In this document: positions 24,192-37,390 of the stretch, in pieces
How positions within the stretch are numbered: position 1 is the first letter of the stretch
Layout: each line of letters begins with the position of its first letter
NCBI GenBank assembly: GCA_024137785.1
Contig: JAHRHZ010000041.1
Coordinates: forward strand, 5,469,052 to 5,533,051
Direction of reading: 5' to 3'
Length of the DNA: 64,000 nucleotides
Source of the DNA: Ginglymostoma cirratum
Taxonomy: Eukaryota
Notes under the pieces: generated by a model
The model's input: the letters and a program-made list of their open reading frames with translations, nothing else
Told to the model about the DNA's origin: nothing
The model's database searches: none
Translations under genes and position numbers: made by a program

Positions 24192-26649
24192 AGGATATAT
24201 AAGTCCCCTGGGCCAGACAGGATATCCCCAAGGTTACTACGGGAAGCAAGGGAAGAGATTGCTGCCCCTTAGGCGATGACCTTTGCGTCCTCACTGTCCA
24301 CTGGAGTAGTACCAGATGATTGGAGGGTGGCAAATGTCATTCCCTTGTTCAAGAAAGGGAACAGGGATAATCCTGAGAATTATAGACCAGTCAGTCTTAC
24401 TTCTATGGTGGGCAAATTATTGGAGAGGATTCTGAAAGATAGTATTTATGATTATTTGGAAAAGCACAGTATGATTAGAAATAGTCAGCGTGGCTTTGAG
24501 AGGGGCAGGTCATGCCTCACAAGCCTTGTTGAATCCTTTGAAAACGTGACAAAACACATTGATGAAGGCAGAGCAGTGGATATGGTGTATATGGATTTTA
24601 ACAAGGCATTTGATAAGGTTCCCCATGCTAGGCTCATTCAAAAAGTAAAGAGGCATGGGATTCAGGGAAATTTGCCTGTCTGGATACAGAATTGGCTGTC
24701 CAATAGAATACAGAGGATGGTAATAGATGGAAAGCATTCAGCCTGGAGCTCGGTGACCAGTGGTGTTCCACAGGGATCTGTTCTGGGACCTCTGCTCTTT
24801 GTGATCTTTATAAATGACTTGGATGAGGAAGTGGAAGGGTGGGTTAGTAAGTTTACCGATGACATGAAGGTTGGTGGAGTTGTGGATAGTGTGGAGGACT
24901 GTTATAGGTTGCAATGGGATATTGACAGGATGCAGAGCTGGGCAAAGAAGTGGCAGATGGAATTCAACCCAGAGAAATGTGAAGTGATTCATTTTGGAAG
25001 GTCGAATTTGAATGCAGAATACAGGGTTAATGGCAGGATTCTCGGCAGTGTGGAGGAACAGAAGGATCTTGGGGTCTATGTCCATAGATCTCTTAAGTTG
25101 TCACCCAAGGTGATAGAGTTGTTTAGAAGGCATATGGTGTGTTGGCTTTCATTAGCAGCGGGATTGAGTTTAAGAGCCACGAGGTTATGCTGCAGCTCTA
25201 TAAAACCCTGGTTAGACCGCAGTTGGAAAATTGTGTTCAGTTCTGGTTGCCTCATTATAGGAAGGATGTGGAAGCTTTAGAGAGGGTGCAGAGGAGATTT
25301 ACCAGGATGCTCCCAGGAGGGCAGGTCTTATGAGGAAAGGTTGAGGGAGCTAGGGCTTTTCTCATTGGAGCGAAGAAGGATGAGAGGTGACTTGATAGAG
25401 GTGTACAAGATGATAAGAGGCATAGATAGAGTGGATAGCCAGAGACTTTTGCCCAGGGTGGAAATGACTGTCATGAGGAGGCATAATTTTAAGGTAATTG
25501 GAGGAAGGTATAGGGGAGATGTCAGAAGTAGGTTCTTTACCCAGAGTGGTGGGTGCATGGAATGCACTGCCAGTGGTGGTAGTAGAGTCAGATACATTAG
25601 TGAGATTTAAGCCAATTTTGGATAGGCACATGGAGGATAGTAAAATGTAGGGCTTGCAGGTAGTTTGATCTTAGAGTAGGATAATAGGTCAGCACAACAT
25701 TGTGGGCCGAAGGGCCTGTACTGTGCTGTACTATTCTATGTTCTATGTTCTAGAGGTGTAGAGGGATAGTCTAGAGCTTGGGATCGAGACAATTAAAGGA
25801 ATGGCCACCAATGTTGGAACAAGAAGGCAGCTCACCACCACCTTGTCAAGGGCAACTAGGGATGGGCAAGAAATGCTGGCCAGCCAGCACTGCCCACATC
25901 CCATAAATGAATAGGAAAAAAATTAAAATCAGTGAAGCTCATTAGGACAAACCTAGAGGAGTGTAGACAACTTGGAGGTTGTGGAGCCGGAGACGATTAC
26001 AGACATAAGGGAGACTGTGTGACCATGAAGCGATTTGAAAGCAAGGATGAGAATTTTAAGATCATGACATTGCTTGACTGGGAGGTAATGTAGGTCAATG
26101 GGCACAGAGGCAATAGTAGAATGGAATTTGGTGCCAATTAAGACATGTCCAAGAATACATGAACATTCCAGTGCTCTAAATACACACTAGCCAAATGTTG
26201 TGCAAATTAACCTATTTCCAGCTCAATATAACATTGTCACAAAGCCAGGCTGAAATTCAATGTTAGTTGATGTGTGGAGGCTCAATTTTAAACATTATGA
26301 TCCACAAGCAGTCATATAGCGTGTAGAGTGACGTGAGAGCATATATTACAGTGCCCTGTGAAGACAAGATCAATAAGAGAAGAGGTGAAATGAATGCTAA
26401 AGAAATATTTGAGAGTGGACCAGTCAAAAAGGGATGGTGCTGGCACCATATGAAGACAGATTTGCCAGGCTTGTGTGTAAGATTATAAAGGTCAGTGCCA
26501 GTGTGCAGCTGCACCTGTCACTCTCTGGTAATTAATTTCACTTTTGTGCTTTGAAGTATAGCTAGGCTGAACTATGATTTAAAAGGGATGTCACATTCCA
26601 GGATTCTCAATGGGTGTTATGTCCAGAGACTATCCTGTGACAGCAGTTC

Positions 26650-26670
26650 TTCTCTTTCCATGGTGCTGAT
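26650..26670 (-). promoter_or_regulatory. Candidate RE1/NRSE (REST) site
   Basis: ATCAGCACCATGGAAAGAGAA versus consensus TTCAGCACCATGGACAGCGCC (16/21, intact left half-site and spacing), ~5.5 kb upstream of the SCN4B ATG. Confidence 0.35.
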
Positions 26671-27284
26671 TTGGTCAGATTGAGAGAAGTAATCTATTAT
26701 CTGTGCTGCATGATGTGTGTCAGAGGTTACACAAACATCAGTAATGATCAGATCAATTGTCTATGATGTCGGTTGGGGATTAATATTAGCCCAGGAGGCA
26801 TTCCTATTCTTGCAAGTGGAATGTTTTCTTTTAAATCCACGAGCTAGAGCATATAGGATTTCTGTTTAACATCACATCTAAAAGACAATGTAGCACTCTC
26901 TTGATACCGTCCTGGGATTTCAGCTTAGATGATGTGTTAGGTTTCACCATGGGAACCGAACCCACAACATGCTAACTCAGAGATAATAATGATAGCTGAG
27001 AGCTTGGTCCTGTAAAATTAATCAGCCCTACGTAATTTGGTTAATACTAACTTAAAAAACAAATAAACCTAATCAACAGCACCTGATTTAGTTGAAAGTA
27101 ACTTCATGTGTTAAAGGTGGGGCACATTCTGATTTTGCAATACTCGTCTTTCTTTCCAATCATCTCAATGACCTTATCGCTCTGTCACAATTGTCATACG
27201 TACTGTCAATTTTCACTTTCCATCATCTGATTTTAAAACCTGAGACCTTCATTAAAGAAAATGGTTTTACAAAGTTCATAAATT

Positions 27285-30200
27285 AATAAGATATAGGAGC
27301 AGAATTAGGCCATTCAGCCTATCAAAGTCTCCTCTGCCATTCGATCATGGCTGGTATGCTCCTCACCGCCGTTTTCCTGCCTTCTCCCCATAAACCTTCA
27401 GCCCATTACCAATTAAAAATCTGTCTAACTCTTCCTTAAATTTGCTCACTGTCCCAGCATCCAACGCACTTTGGGATAGCAAATTCCATAGATTCACAAC
27501 CCTTTGGGAGAAGTAGTTTCTCCTCAACTCTGTTTTAAATTTGCCAAACCTTATCCTAAAACTACGATTCATCATTTTAGAATGCCCCACAAGAGGAAGC
27601 ATCTGCTCCATGTCTATGTTATCCATACCTTTTATCATCTTGAATACCTCAATTTGATCGCCCCTCATTCATCTAAATTGGAGAGAGTATAGGCCTAAAC
27701 TGTTCAATCTGTCTTCATACAACAAGCCCCTCATCTCTGGGATCAATCTAAAGAACCTCCTCTGAACCTGTCTCCAAAGCCACTACATCTTTCCTCAAAT
27801 AGGGAAACAAAAACTGTGCACGATACTCCAGGTGCGGTCTCACCAATGCCTTGTATAGTTACAACAATACTTCCTTATCTTTCTGTTCTATTCCTTTAGC
27901 TACAAAAGCCAACATTCCATTTGCTTTCTTTATTATCTGCTGTACCTGCATGCTAATTTTCTGTGACTCAGGAATGAGGACTCCCAGATCCCTCTACACT
28001 GGAGCTCCCCGAAGTCTTTCCCATGTAGATAATAAGTCACCTTCCCATTTTTCTGACCAAAATGCACGACTTCACACTTATCCACATTAAATTCCATCTG
28101 TCACATTTTGGCTCACTCTCCTAACCAATCTATATCCATTTGTAAGGTTCTTATTTCCTCATTGCTATTTACTGTTGTACCTATTTTTGTGTTGTCCACA
28201 AATTTGGCCATAGAGCCTTCTGTTCCTGTATCCAAGTCGTTAATGTAGATTGTAAATAGCTGGAGTCCAAGGACTGAACCCTGTGGCACCCCACTAGGTA
28301 CTTAATACCATCCAGAAAAAAACCCATTTATCCCAACTCTCTGCCTTCTGCCCATCAGCCAGTCACCTCTCCAAGCTAATAAATTATCCCAATCCCATAT
28401 GATCCAGCCATGTGAATTAACCTTTTGTGCGGCACTTTATCAAAAGCCTTCCGGAAGTCACAAATACTCCATCGACAGGATCCCCATTATCCACTTTGCT
28501 TGTTACATCTTTGAAGAGCTCTAGCAAATTAGTCAAACATGATTTCCCTTTATAAAACCACGCTGACTCTGATGGATGGCAGTTTGACTTTCCAAATGTT
28601 CTGATATTGCTTCCTTGATAATTGATTCTAACACTTTGCCAACATCAGATGTTAAACTAACTGGTCTGTAATTTCCCACATAATGCCTCCCTCTTTGAAT
28701 AAGAGTGTTACTTTAGCATTTTTCCAATCCACTGGAACCTTTCCTGTGTCCATGGAATTTTGGAATATTGTAACTAATGGATCCACTATCCCTACTGCCA
28801 CTTCCCTTAATATCCTAGGATGTAGGCCATTAGGCCCAGGGGACTTGTCTGCCCTTAATCCTAACAGTTTTCCAAGTACCTTTTCCCTATTGATGTTGAT
28901 TGTTCTAAGTTGTACCCTTTCTATTGTCTTTGACTTGCCTGTTCTAATGGGAATGGTACTATTATCCTCCACCATGAAAACTGAGGCAAAGTATTAATTT
29001 AACATCTCTGCCATTTCAATGTTCCCCACCATTAACTCTCCGGTTTCATCTGCCAAGGGACCAACATTCACCTTAGCAACTCTTTTCCCTTTTATATACC
29101 TGTAGAAGCTTTTGCCACCCTTTTTGATACTTTGCACTAGCTTTCTTTCATAATTTACCTTAGTTCTTTTTAATAATTTTTTAGTATCCCTTTATTTATG
29201 TTTGAAAGTTTCCCAAATCCTCCAGCCTGCCACTGGCCTTTGAAATATGGCATACCTGAGTTTTTGTCTTTATATTGTCCTTGACCTCCCTGTTTAGCCA
29301 TGGATTGTTTTTCACGCCTTTACCATCTTTCTTCCTCTCTGCGATATAATTTAGTTGTGAGGAATTGGGTAGCTCCTTAAACAATTGCCACTGCTCGCCG
29401 TCTTACCTTTTAGCCTCCCTGCCCAATCTACTCGGGCCAAATCTGTCCTCATGCCTCTGTAATTCCCTTTGTTTAATTCCAGACCACTACTGTGGGACTG
29501 CACTTTCTCACCCCCAAACTAAGTTTGAATTCCTGTCGTACTATGGTCACTAATCCCTAGAGGATCCTTAACTATGATGTCATCAATTAATCTCTCTTCA
29601 TTACACAATACCAAATCCAGAGTAGCCTGCTCCCTGGTTGGTTCCACAACATACTGCTCCAAGAAACAATCTCTAATACATTCAATGAACTCTGTGTCCA
29701 GCTACCCTTGCCAATTTGATTCTTTCACTCTATGTGCATGTTAAAATCACCAACGCTTATTGCCGTACCTTTCTTGCAAGCCTCTAATATTTCCTGGTTT
29801 ATACTGTGCCTCTCTGCAGAACTACTGTTTGGGGACCTATAGACTATTCCTACAGAGTACTTCACCTTTTTGCTGTTTCTTATTTCCACCCAAACTGATT
29901 CCACAGTTTACAGGCAAAAAAATCTGCAGATGCTGGAATCCAGCTAGACAAACAGAAGGCTGGAAGAACACAGCAAGGCGGGCAGCATCTGGAGGAAAGA
30001 AGCAGTCAACGTTCCTGACTGTAATACCCAAAATGTTGTCTATTCCTTTCCTGCAGATGCTGCCTGGCTTGCTGTGTGCTTCCACATCTTGATCTCCCGT
30101 GCTTATGTCATTTCTCATTACAGCACTGATCCCTTCCTTCACCAGCAAAGCTACACCACCCCCTTTTCCTTTCAGTCTATCCCTCTGAAATGTCGAGCAC

Positions 30201-30330
30201 CCTTGGATATTCAATTCCCAGACCTGTTCTCCTTGTAACTGTCTCAGTAATCGCTACTAAATTGTAACTGTTCGTTTCTATTTGCGCCAGTAACTCATTA
30301 ATTTTGTTTTGAATGCTTTATGCAGCTTTT
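27285..30330 (-). mobile_element. CR1-like LINE ORF2 (endonuclease + RT), decayed
   Basis: Fragments RDRLKGKGGGVALLVK, DKSPGPNGLHPRIL and FRIRFGKFKTELRRNYFSQRVV, with frameshifts and stops. Confidence 0.92.
29906..30079. mobile_element. Hairpin mini-element (third Penelope-like subfamily) nested in a CR1 endonuclease region
   Basis: Inverted arms with a 7-bp duplication ttccaca 29899-29905 / 30080-30086. Excision restores CR1 DQDVESVWVEI. Confidence 0.75.
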
Positions 30331-30817
30331 AAATTTGTATTACTGGTAAATTTCCCTACTCTTTTACAAACTCATGGTGCATAAAGACAATCACCTGTTC
30401 TGTCCCTCACCTTTATTGTCTAGTAACCATCTTCCACATCGCCAACTGCATAGTCTTAGCATGGTGACTGTAGTCATCTGACCAGTTTGAGCCAAGCTGA
30501 AACCAATGCAAGATAAAGACAGAGAGACTGCACCAAAATTAATATTTTATCAAAAGGTATTGAAACTCAATCAGGCATGAAGAAACCACATCTCCGGTTT
30601 TGACTGCTCTGCAAGTTTCACATGCTGTGATCAAAAAAGTCACCTGCTCATCATCCAGCTTGAGAAAAGAACACCCTGCTGGCTGACAGGCAAATACACA
30701 AGTGAACTGCATTTCAGGAACAGAGATAATAGGTACTGCAGATGCTGGAGAATCCGAGATAACAAGCGTGGGGCTGGATGAACACAGCAGGTCAAGCAGC
30801 ATCACAGGAGCAGGAAA

Positions 30818-30853
30818 ACTTGACGTTTCGGGCCTAGACCCTTCATCAGAAAT
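30818..30853 (-). ncRNA. Minimal type I hammerhead ribozyme motif
   Basis: Reverse strand reads attt-CTGATGA-a-gggt(ctag)gccc-GAAA-c-GTC-aagt. Confidence 0.72.
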
Positions 30854-31540
30854 GGGGGAGGGGAAGAGGGTTCTGAAATAAATAGGGAGAGAGGGGGAGG
30901 TGGATAGAGGATGGATAGAGGAGAGGATAGGTGGAGAGGAGGCAGACAAGTCGAAAAGGCAGGGATGGAGCCAGTAAAGGTGAGTGTAGGTAGGGGGGTA
31001 GGGAGGAGATAGGTCAGTCCAGGGAGGACGGACAGGTCAAGGGGGCGGGATGATGTTAGTAGATAGGAGATGGGGGTGTGGCTTGAGGTGAGAGGAAAAA
31101 CAGGTTAGGGAGGTGACATGTCCATCCTTGGCCTCCTGCAATGCCACAGTGATGCCACCCGAAGGCTGCAGGAACAGCAAATCATATTCAGCCTGGGAAC
31201 CCTGCAGCCCAATGGCATCCATGTGGATTTCACAAGCTTCAAAGTCTCCCCTCCCCCAACCGCATCCCAAAACCAGCCCAGCTCATCTCCACCTCCCTAA
31301 CCTGTTTTTCCTCTCACCTCAAGCCACCCCCCCATCTCCTATCTACTAACCTCATCCCGCCCCCTTGACCTGTCCGTCCTCCCTGGACTGACCTATTTCC
31401 TCCCTACCCCCCCACCTACACTCACCTTTACTGGCTCCATCCCCACCTCTTCGACTTGTCTGCCTCCTCTCCACCTATCCTCTCCTCTATCCGCCTCCCC
31501 CTCTCTCCCTATTTATTTCAGAACCCTCTTCCCCTCCCCC

Positions 31541-31576
31541 ATTTCTGATGAAGGGTTTAGGCCCGAAATGTCAAGT
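31541..31576 (+). ncRNA. Minimal hammerhead motif (C>T change in stem III)
   Basis: attt-CTGATGA-a-gggt(ttag)gccc-GAAA-t-GTC-aagt. Confidence 0.6.
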
Positions 31577-31689
31577 TTTCCTGCTCCTGTGATGCTGCTT
31601 GACCTGCTGTGTTCATCCAGCCCCATGCTTGTTATCTGCATTTCAGGAAAACAGCTTTGGGCAAGAGAAAGAAAGAACATGAATGGGCT

Positions 31690-32502
31690 GAGGAGTGACA
31701 GATGGAGTTTAATTTGTATGAATGCGAGGTGTTGCATTTTGGTAAAGTAAACAAGGGCAGGGCTTCGACAGTTAATGATAGTGCCCTAGATAGTTTTGTC
31801 AACCAGAGAGATCTAGGGGTTCAGTATATAGTTGTTTGAAAGTTGTGATACAGGTAGACAGGGTGGTTAAGAAGGTGTTTAGCACACTAGCCTTGATTGC
31901 TCAGACCATTGTGTTTAGGAGTTGGGACGTCATGTGAGGTCGTACAAGACATTGGTGAGGCCTCTTTTGGAGTACTGTGTATGGGTCTGGTTGCCCTGCT
32001 ATAGGAAGGATATTATTAAATTGAAGAGGGTTCAGAAAAAAATAACCAGGATTTTGCCGGGACAAGAGGGCTTGAGTTATAAGGAGACTGGATAGGCTGG
32101 GACATTTTTCATTGTAGCATTGGAGATTGAGGGGTGACATTATAAATGTTTATGTAACCACGAGGGACATCGATAACGTTAATAACATAGGTTTCTTTCC
32201 CCTATGGTGGGGGAGTTCCAAACTAGGGAGTTTATTTTTACAATGAGAGGAGAAAAATTTAAAAGGGACCTGACGGGCAAGTTTTTCACACAAGAGGGTG
32301 TTTTACGTGTGGAATGAGCCAGAGGAAGTGATAGATACAGGTCCAGTTACAACATTTAAAAGACATTCGGATAAGTACATGAATAGGAAAGGTCTAGGAT
32401 ATGGACAAAATGCAGGCACGTGGGACTAATTTAGTTTGGCAAACTTGGTCGGCATGGACGAATTGGACTGAAGGGTTTGTTTCCGTGCTATGACTCGATG
32501 AC
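31690..32502 (+). mobile_element. CR1/HER1-like LINE 3' fragment
   Basis: Homologous to 15420-15962. Confidence 0.85.
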
Positions 32503-33989
32503 TTTCTCCGTCCCCGTTGCCTTCTCCTTATTTCGAAAGCTGGCACCAGTGATGAAACAAATCAAAGAAACCTCCATTGATCAAGAATTCAAGATTCCAC
32601 AGATTTTAATACTACTGAAGATACAAGACATTTTCTAAACAGCTGTGATATCTGGCTCAACTACAAAAATTCCAGGACTCTTTATGAACTTTTAAAGCTG
32701 CATATTATTTACCTTCCCACCTATTAGATTTTTCCCCTTTTAAAAACAACTTATACCCGTGTTTGTGTCTTTGTTTGATAATGTGTTTTATGTTTCGCAC
32801 AGTTAATAGGTAATAAACGAATCATTCCTTCACTCAATAAATCACTCAACAAATCCCCATAATTGTCTCCTTAATTTTGACTAACGCTGGATTTTGATTG
32901 AGGTGTGATGTAACTGCATGCTGTAAAGAAATAAAAATATTTGTTGTGACTGACTAAATGGGTCAAAAAAAAGGGGCCCCTCCTTACCTGGTTATAATAC
33001 CTGCCTATCTCTGTGATCGCCACCAGGCTCACAACCCTCCATATGCTTCTCCGGTCCTCGCCTCTTGCACATTCCCCTTTTTTTCGTGCTAAATGTGGCT
33101 ATACCTTCAGCTAGCCAGGGCCTTAACTCTGGATTTCTTCCCCTAAACTTTTCTGCTTCTCTTTCCTCCTTTATTGTGTTCCTGAAAACCAATCTCATTG
33201 ACCAAGCTTTAAGTCACTTGTCCTAATATCTTATCATGCACCTTGCCGTTAAATCTTGTCTGGCAATGCTTCTGTGAGGTTCCTTTGACGGATTAAAGGT
33301 GCAACATAAATACAAGTTGTTGTTGCTGTTTGAGCAGGACTCTCAGCCACCAGTCAATGTACTCAGTAGACTTTCAATTTGAAAAGAGTCAACTATATTG
33401 TTTGTGGGAGTACAGTCACATGTACGCCAGACCAGCAGTTTCTTTCACTAAAGGACAATAGTGAGCCAGATGGGTGTTTTCCCCCAACAATGATTTCATG
33501 GTCATCATCAAACTCTTAATTCCAGATTTTTAAAAAAAATTGAATTCAAACTTCACCATCTGCCATGGTGGGATTCCAACTTGGGTCACTGGATTAAGAG
33601 TCTGGTATTAACACCACCAGGCTATCACCTCCCTGTGGTGCACCAATGAGGTAGCAGACTCACTCCTCTCTGTCTGCTGTGGATCCACGTGCTCACAATG
33701 TCAGTCCAAACTCCATCTTTTACTTTCTCTTCTTGTTGAAGCATCTGATCGGAGAATCCAGTCCTTCACAGTACACAGGCAAGTTACATAGGAGTGGTAT
33801 CTGTGTTTTTTTGTTAATTGTGAGAAGTCCTTTCCCCTTTTTCCTTCAAGTGATGAGGATTTGATGTAACTGAGGTGTCTATTAGCAGTTGGTCTCAGTC
33901 TCTGCGTTGCAGTTGGTCAGTGTGTTCAACTGTAAACCAAAATGCTGGTGGTTTAGGACCATCCAGGAACAAAGGTATCACCAATGGAG

Positions 33990-34400
33990 CTCTTATGGTA
34001 CAGTGGCAGCGTCCCTACCTCTGGGTCAAAAGACCTAGATTCAAGTCCTGATTCTTCCAGAGGGGTGTCATAACAGGTTGAATTTAAAAATGTCAGCATA
34101 GCAGTCACATGAAATTCTTGTGTTGACCGTTATATTTTGAACCAACCTGCTTAGATACACTATGACCTACCTTCAGCCTTGAACCCAAATCACCTGGCCC
34201 AGGGGTAGGGACACTGCTGCTGTACCACAAAGCCCCTTTTCAAATAAAATGCTAGTCTCATACCCAATTTTTAAAATTTAACCTATTTTTCTTATCAATC
34301 TGATCAGAGATGGTATGACACATCATTTGAACTAGTGGGACCTGAACTTGGACCTCCTGGCTCAGGGGAGGGACATTACCACTGCACCACAGGAGAGCCC
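33990..34400. mobile_element. Three short tRNA-like SINE fragments (family also at ~1060-1160)
   Basis: gtggtagtgtccctacc...ccaggttcaagtccc motif repeated, once on plus and twice on minus. Confidence 0.55.
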
Positions 34401-34729
34401 CAACACAAAGTCCTCTTTTGCTTGACTCTTTATTGAAAACACACAGGTTGTTGAGTTTAAATTAATTGATACTTTCATTACTTACATCCCACTTCACAAG
34501 TTACTATGGTTTTCAGGATGGCAAAGATAAGCATTTTAGTCATTTTCTGAATATGGGATGGAGCCCATGATCTGTTCCGCTTGGGATTATTCATTTTGCA
34601 TTATTGTTAATTTTTTTATGCAAGTGACACAATGCACTTAACAAAGAAAGCTAAAAAAACGGAGACTTGTGTTTCTGTCAAACTTGACTTAGAGAGAGAG
34701 CACTACACAAGTGTATATTTGGCCTGCGC

Positions 34730-36610
34730 CTTCACTTTAACCTCAGTTGTAGGGAAGCTTGCAAAAATGATCCTAATAACTCAGGACAAAAGTAACAGTC
34801 AGTTGGAAATGTGCATATTAATTAAAGAAGGTCAGCATGGATTTGTGAAGGGAATTAATTATGTTGGGTTAACATGATGAGAGGTTTTGATGTGGTAATT
34901 GAGAGGGATGATAAAGGTAGTGCGGTAGATGTGATGTTTATAGATATTCAAAGTGCCATATAGCAGGCTTCTCAGCGAAGTTTAAAAATGTGCAGACTAG
35001 GTGGATTGGCTATGCTAAATTGCCCATAGTGCCCAGGCATGTTTAGGTTAGGTGAGTTAAACATGGGAAGTACAGGGTTAGGGGAATGGGTCTGGGTGGT
35101 ATGCCCCTCGGAGGGGCAGTGTGGACTTGTTGGGCTTAATGGTCTGCTTCCATACTGTAGGGATTCTATGATTCTATGATTCTAAAGTTGAAACCTAATT
35201 TAAAAACTGGGACAGTAACAGCACGGATGCAAAGTTGGTTGAGTGGAATGGTGGAAGTAGGCTCAATTAAGTCATTCAAGGGGCATTGGATAAATTAGAT
35301 AGAAATGGTGTTCAGGATGTGGGGAAAAGGCAGGAAATTAGCATTAGGAAATAGAACAATGGGCTAAATGGCCTCCTTTTGAACTGTAACAATTCTGTCA
35401 TTCTGACGGACAGGAAATAGAGAGTAGAGGTGAATGGTTGTTTTCAGTTTACTGTGAGCTCCCCAAATGCCAGCTCATGCACACGGCTTCTCTTGTTCTA
35501 TATTAATGATGGGGTGTGTAGGGCATCATCAGAATTTGTAGATGACGCAAAACTTGGAAGTATTGTGAAATGTGAGGAAGACAGTGATGGACTGCAAAAG
35601 GATATATATAGGCTGGGACAACAGACTGATAAACATACAACAGGGAAGTGTGCAATGATAAATTGGGTAGGAATAAGGAGGAGACCAAATATAAAGGAAA
35701 AGTTGATGCGGAAATAGGGTGACTTGGGCCATATGTGTATGAACTATTGAAGGTATCAGGGCAAGTTGAGAAAGTGGTTACAGGGCATTAAGGACCCTGT
35801 GCCTTACATAAAACAAAGGTAAAGTCTTCATAGTCTTACCAGACCATAGAGCTGCTCTTCAATTACAGACAGACAACTGGTGGAGGGGCAGCACGTTTTA
35901 GGTAAGAGGAGAGAATGAGAAGGAGAGGCCTTCATGGTAACCTTAGCTGGTGTGGGAATTGAACCCATACCGTATGTATCACGCCACATTACAAACCAGC
36001 TATCCAGCCAACTGAGCTAAAACAATCCCCCTATATGCATATGAGGTCCCCACTTTATGAATATCTGACTTACAAGCAATCATTCTTACAGATACAACCC
36101 ATATGGGGTTGTAATTTTAAAGATCCAAGCATTTGCTGTGCTTATGAATGGCTCCTTAATATTGTCCTGCATTGTGTTCCGATTTACGTACAAACTGATT
36201 TGTGAATAGACTCAAGATCGGAACCTGTTCACAATTCAGTGACGCCCTGTGGAGGCATAGACCTGGAAACAGGAAACTTATTGCGAACCTTTGCAAAACC
36301 CTGGTTAAGCCTTAACAGTGTGTGCCGTACTTTTGAGAAAATGTGTAGGATTTAAAGAAGCTGCTGAAACAATTCACAGGAACAATTCTAAGAATAAGGC
36401 ATTTCAGTTACTGCATAAATTGGAGAGCTAAGGTTATTCTCCTTACAGGAGACAACGTTCAAAGGAGATTTGATAACAGTTTCCAAGATCTATAGAGCTC
36501 TAAACAGAATGGTTAGGGAGAAGCAGAGGACACAGTTTTAAGGGGATCAGAAAGTGTGGAAGCTGAATCAATGACAACGTGAGGAAAGTTACTTTTACGC
36601 AGTGAATGCT
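34730..36610 (+). mobile_element. Old CR1 RT remnant carrying nested SINEs and a probable MITE (~36040-36250)
   Basis: Fragments LTSVVGKL, QHGFVKG and EFVDDAKLGSIV. Confidence 0.65.
34988..35183 (+). mobile_element. HE1-type V-SINE 3' half
   Basis: Homologous to the other copies, with a (gattctat)n tail. Confidence 0.8.
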
Positions 36611-37390
36611 GAAGATGTTGTTCAGCTGGGTGACCATAACCAGTTCCATCAGGAATCTGGACATGGTCTCCAGTTTGCTGTCAACCCCTCTGGATTGTCC
36701 ATCCACATCGACGATGTGGGTGAAGTCTCTAGCCTGGATGACCACATGGACTTTGCCAGCAGCAGTAGGAGGTGCTGCAGGATGGCCAGCCGCTTGCTCT
36801 GTAGCACTGGGGCATCAACATTAAATAGTTTCAGGGGAAAGTTTGTCAATCATCTTTCATGGGGGACCTCAAAGTTCACGTAATCTAAGTCATTGAGTTT
36901 TCAACACTCTCCTGAAGTTGTCACTTTACATGAAGCAGTTGAGGATGTTAATGAGGCAGCATGTCCCTTCTCCTCCTCTTTTGGAATCCACAATGCCACT
37001 GTCTATTAGACTGATTGACTTCAGTGTTTTCCAGCATTCCTAGGACTGGTGCCAACATGCCTCATCCCCTGGACACTACCATCACCATCAATTCCTTCCA
37101 AACCAACCTCTTAAAATTGGGACAGAACAAAATTTGGATACCAGAACAACTGAACATCAAAGAGATGGAGACTGAGGGTAAGTTGGACAGGTAGGAGATA
37201 CAGCTGTGATGGCAGCAAATTTTCAAAACTTTCCCACCAGCACAGGAGGTTTGGTACCCTCATAGGACCAAATGCAGTTGCTACAAGGTTGGAACACAGC
37301 CTCCTCCATACTGGAAAAATGGTCCCTCACATCCTTTTTAGTTCTTTGACAAGACTGTCTCTGCCAAGGCCAGCATGTTGAATTAACCTT
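36605..37390 (-). mobile_element. Tx1/L1-clade LINE endonuclease remnant
   Basis: Frameshifted LKLFNVDAP (cf. LINVYAP) and IQARDFTHIVD (cf. ILAGDFNC). Confidence 0.55.

Larger units (their letters stand above)
23716..25752 (+). mobile_element. CR1/HER1-like LINE, 5'-truncated, reverse transcriptase largely intact
   Basis: ORF 24276-25280 carries PDDWRVANV, NYRPVSLTS, YMDFNKAFDKVPH, GVPQGSVLGP and SKFTDD. 3' tail (ttctatg)n at ~25733-25752. Confidence 0.95.
30721..31635. mobile_element. Penelope-like element 3' end inserted as an inverted dimer (palindrome)
   Basis: Near-identical inverted arms (~30757-31115 vs ~31290-31635) around a GIY-YIG C-terminal fragment (SILGLLQCHSDATRRLQEQQIIFSLGTLQP). 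Perfect 14-bp TSD ctgcatttcaggaa 30707-30720 / 31636-31649. Confidence 0.9.

Noticed and set aside
24276-25280. 334-aa ORF, the longest in the window
   Set aside because: CR1 reverse transcriptase fragment with frameshifts on both sides, not a host gene.
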